Shown here: positions 61,655 to 64,000 of the stretch, piece after piece
How the letters are laid out: every line of letters begins with the position of its first letter
How positions within the stretch are numbered: position 1 is the stretch's first letter
Source of the DNA: Balanoglossus misakiensis
Lineage: Eukaryota; Animalia; Hemichordata
Direction of reading: 5' to 3'
NCBI GenBank assembly: GCA_040954595.2
Contig: CM082582.2
Span: 12,272,415 to 12,336,414, forward strand
DNA: 64,000 bases
Translations under genes and position numbers: made by a program
The notes under the pieces: model-generated
Told to the model about the DNA's origin: nothing
The model's database searches: none
Seen by the model: the letters and a program-made list of their open reading frames with translations, nothing else

Positions 61655-61842
61655 CTGTAAAACACTTTATTTTCGCGAGCAATAAATTTTCGCGAAATAC
61701 GTGAGAGCTAAATTAGCGTGAAAATAAAAAGTCGCGTTAATTTATTTTGAAGATAACGATGCAGTGAATGAAATACTCGCGTAACAGTGGCCTCTCTCGA
61801 TATCGCGAAAATTTCAACTCGCGAAAATAAAGTGTTTTACAG
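61655..61842. mobile_element. Tc1/mariner-type MITE with perfect 25-bp TIRs and TA target-site duplication
   Basis: TA-CTGTAAAACACTTTATTTTCGCGAG ... CTCGCGAAAATAAAGTGTTTTACAG-TA; 188 bp with internal TCGCGAAA sub-repeats. Confidence 0.9.
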
Positions 61843-64000
61843 TATATCGCCCACTAAATTGTTTGAACGGCATAATGGTCTATATGAATACATCTCAAGT
61901 CACTAATGGGAGCTAAGTAAAGTGAAACCACGTTATTTCCCTGTTGACCGAGATGGCCCTTCAGCTCATGCGTCTTGCCACTCGTAATCACTTTCAGGTG
62001 CTTAATGGTGATGATATTTTCATAAGCGTAATTTTGACAGTGCCCATGAAGTTCAGTTTTAATGGTCTTGTGTGTGTACATCTGCGTTTGATTACCCCAC
62101 CGTGCAGTACTTGCGCTTTCGTTCTTCTAAACCATATTGAAAACTATACGTGTGTTCTAGCACCACGTCAGTGAACCACGTATACAAACGTACATCGCAA
62201 ATTGAATGAATTTGCCTTTTACTAGGGTTACAATTACAATTCAAGGATAGCATACTTCACAATTTTTCGCCGTGCTATTATGATATATTAAACTCATGCA
62301 GCGACAGAACTGTATTCAGCTATAATCGATTGCACTCTTTGTAAATATTTAATTACGTTTTTCAATGCTTTTTTCGCTATTGCAACACCCCCTATAAATC
62401 ATATCAAAGACTTGTATTTTAGTTTTACCTTGAACCACACTTTTTTGTGGCAAGTAATTGAATTTAACCATTAGTGTTGATGGTGGTAATACTATCCAGT
62501 TAAATGCATGGAATTATGACAATATGTTGAAGACATCGTCAACTTTTGGTTTATTTCACGGGAACATTTCTTCCGCCATGACGAAGAATGCGATTGGTAT
62601 TAGCTACCGAAAATCACTTCTTTTCATCACACTAATTACACTGTAGTCCTTTGCTCACACGCATTCATCGAGGTTTGCGCGTTTAGTTTTATTGGTCTTA
62701 TCGAACAGGTTCAGTGAGGTTATTGCTTTTGCTTTGGGCACTTCCAGGATAAATCAATCATTCTCTTCATTTTTATCAGACCTTTGATGTCGCGATTTGT
62801 GTACAAAGAGACATTTTAACATACATTTCACTTCCATGCTCATAAATCGACGTTAATAATGACGTTGCCTGGTTTTCGTGTGTATCATGTCATTGGGCGA
62901 TGACGTCAGCGATTATCCTGATATTAACACCATTTCCCTAAGATTCATATCTTCTGGGGCTCTTTTCAACACGACAATATCCAGTGTCGATCGATACAAA
63001 CTATTTCGGATCATTGCAATCCACTGTCTCATTGCAGACGTAAATTGAAAAACTAATATCTATTAGTTGTCATGTTGTGCAACACGGGATAGCTAGTACC
63101 TTTTCTATGTATCCATACATGGTATAATTACAGTCTATTAGTTTTTCTCTCTCTAATGTAACAACTAATTAAAGTATCATTGGTCTGTGAAACGAATGCC
63201 AAGTAGAGAAATATGTAGATTCAAACGCAATAAATAGTTTTTTCTTCCCAATTAGACTTTTTCATCAAAATAGTATTAGTTTGCAAATGTCATCATGGGG
63301 AGTTTTCATTAAGGCTCATTTGCACTGTGATTAATCAACGGCTGTTTTTATTGCGGAACAAAACCAGTGAGGTTGTTTGGTATCATCATTCGAATGAATC
63401 TGTGGTGTTAGATTTGAGGAATAGTCCCTGCATTGTTTTTGAAATGCCAGTCCCGAATCCATCTACACTAAAAGACTTGCATATTGTCCAACATAAGTAT
63501 CACGATCATCATGTATTGTTTAAAGGGCTGCCATGCGATTATGTTTTGTGCTATCTGTATTGTTGTCATCAATAGGGTATTAGAACAAACAGGACTCTAA
63601 CAGGTGAATATTTTAAAATTGTCCTTGCTGAACGTTTGGAAGATGCCTTAGTGTTACTTCTGCAACTATCGTCTAATCAGCCCTTCGCCAGAAAAAGAGA
63701 AAATGTCAACCGAAAGGTTTCCATTAAAGGATGAGTCTTCTATAAAATGACAGGTCTTCAGACAGAACGGAAACAGCCAGTATTATTCTAATATCATTAA
63801 TAGACTGAGGTATATTATTTATTTTAATAGCATGACAATTTTAGTCAGCACTTCAGGAGACTTATGAGAAATAATGTAAGATTCACTAAAAGCATGGATA
63901 AGCGTAGAACAAGTAAATGCGTTTGGTCTGGTAGACATATGCCCAGGATTCCCTTTTTACACGAGAACTCTGTCTTTGAATATACATTCTTTTAATTTAA

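Overview
Eukaryotic, AT-rich, intron-containing animal genomic DNA. The gene content and repeat types suggest a marine invertebrate deuterostome such as a hemichordate or echinoderm, but this is inference only. I reconstructed 14 protein-coding loci by hand from splice signals and protein motifs, in this order: an uncharacterised S/T/P-rich protein (-, runs off the left edge); an SLC10A3/A5-type transporter; a stand-alone plant-MUR3/KATAMARI1-like GT47 glycosyltransferase; ATP2C1/SPCA; CENPL; CTDP1/FCP1; MRPS17; NECAB; an SPMIP7/SPATA48-like sperm/cilia gene; an intronless TSSK kinase; KDSR; mitochondrial peptide deformylase; an SLC22 transporter; and the last exon of a PRRT3/4-like membrane protein. 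Four pairs are head-to-head, one with only 149 bp between ATGs. Two MITEs, a probable SINE relic and several microsatellites are present. No rRNA, tRNA or CRISPR features were seen. The most unusual items are the plant-type GT47 in an animal genome, a CpG-rich ATP2C1 intron with clustered TAATC and RFX motifs, a convergent pair of sperm-type genes with CRE/RFX promoter motifs, and a recent 69-bp in-frame duplication in SLC22. I found no clearly new multi-gene system. All identifications come from motif recognition, not database searches.
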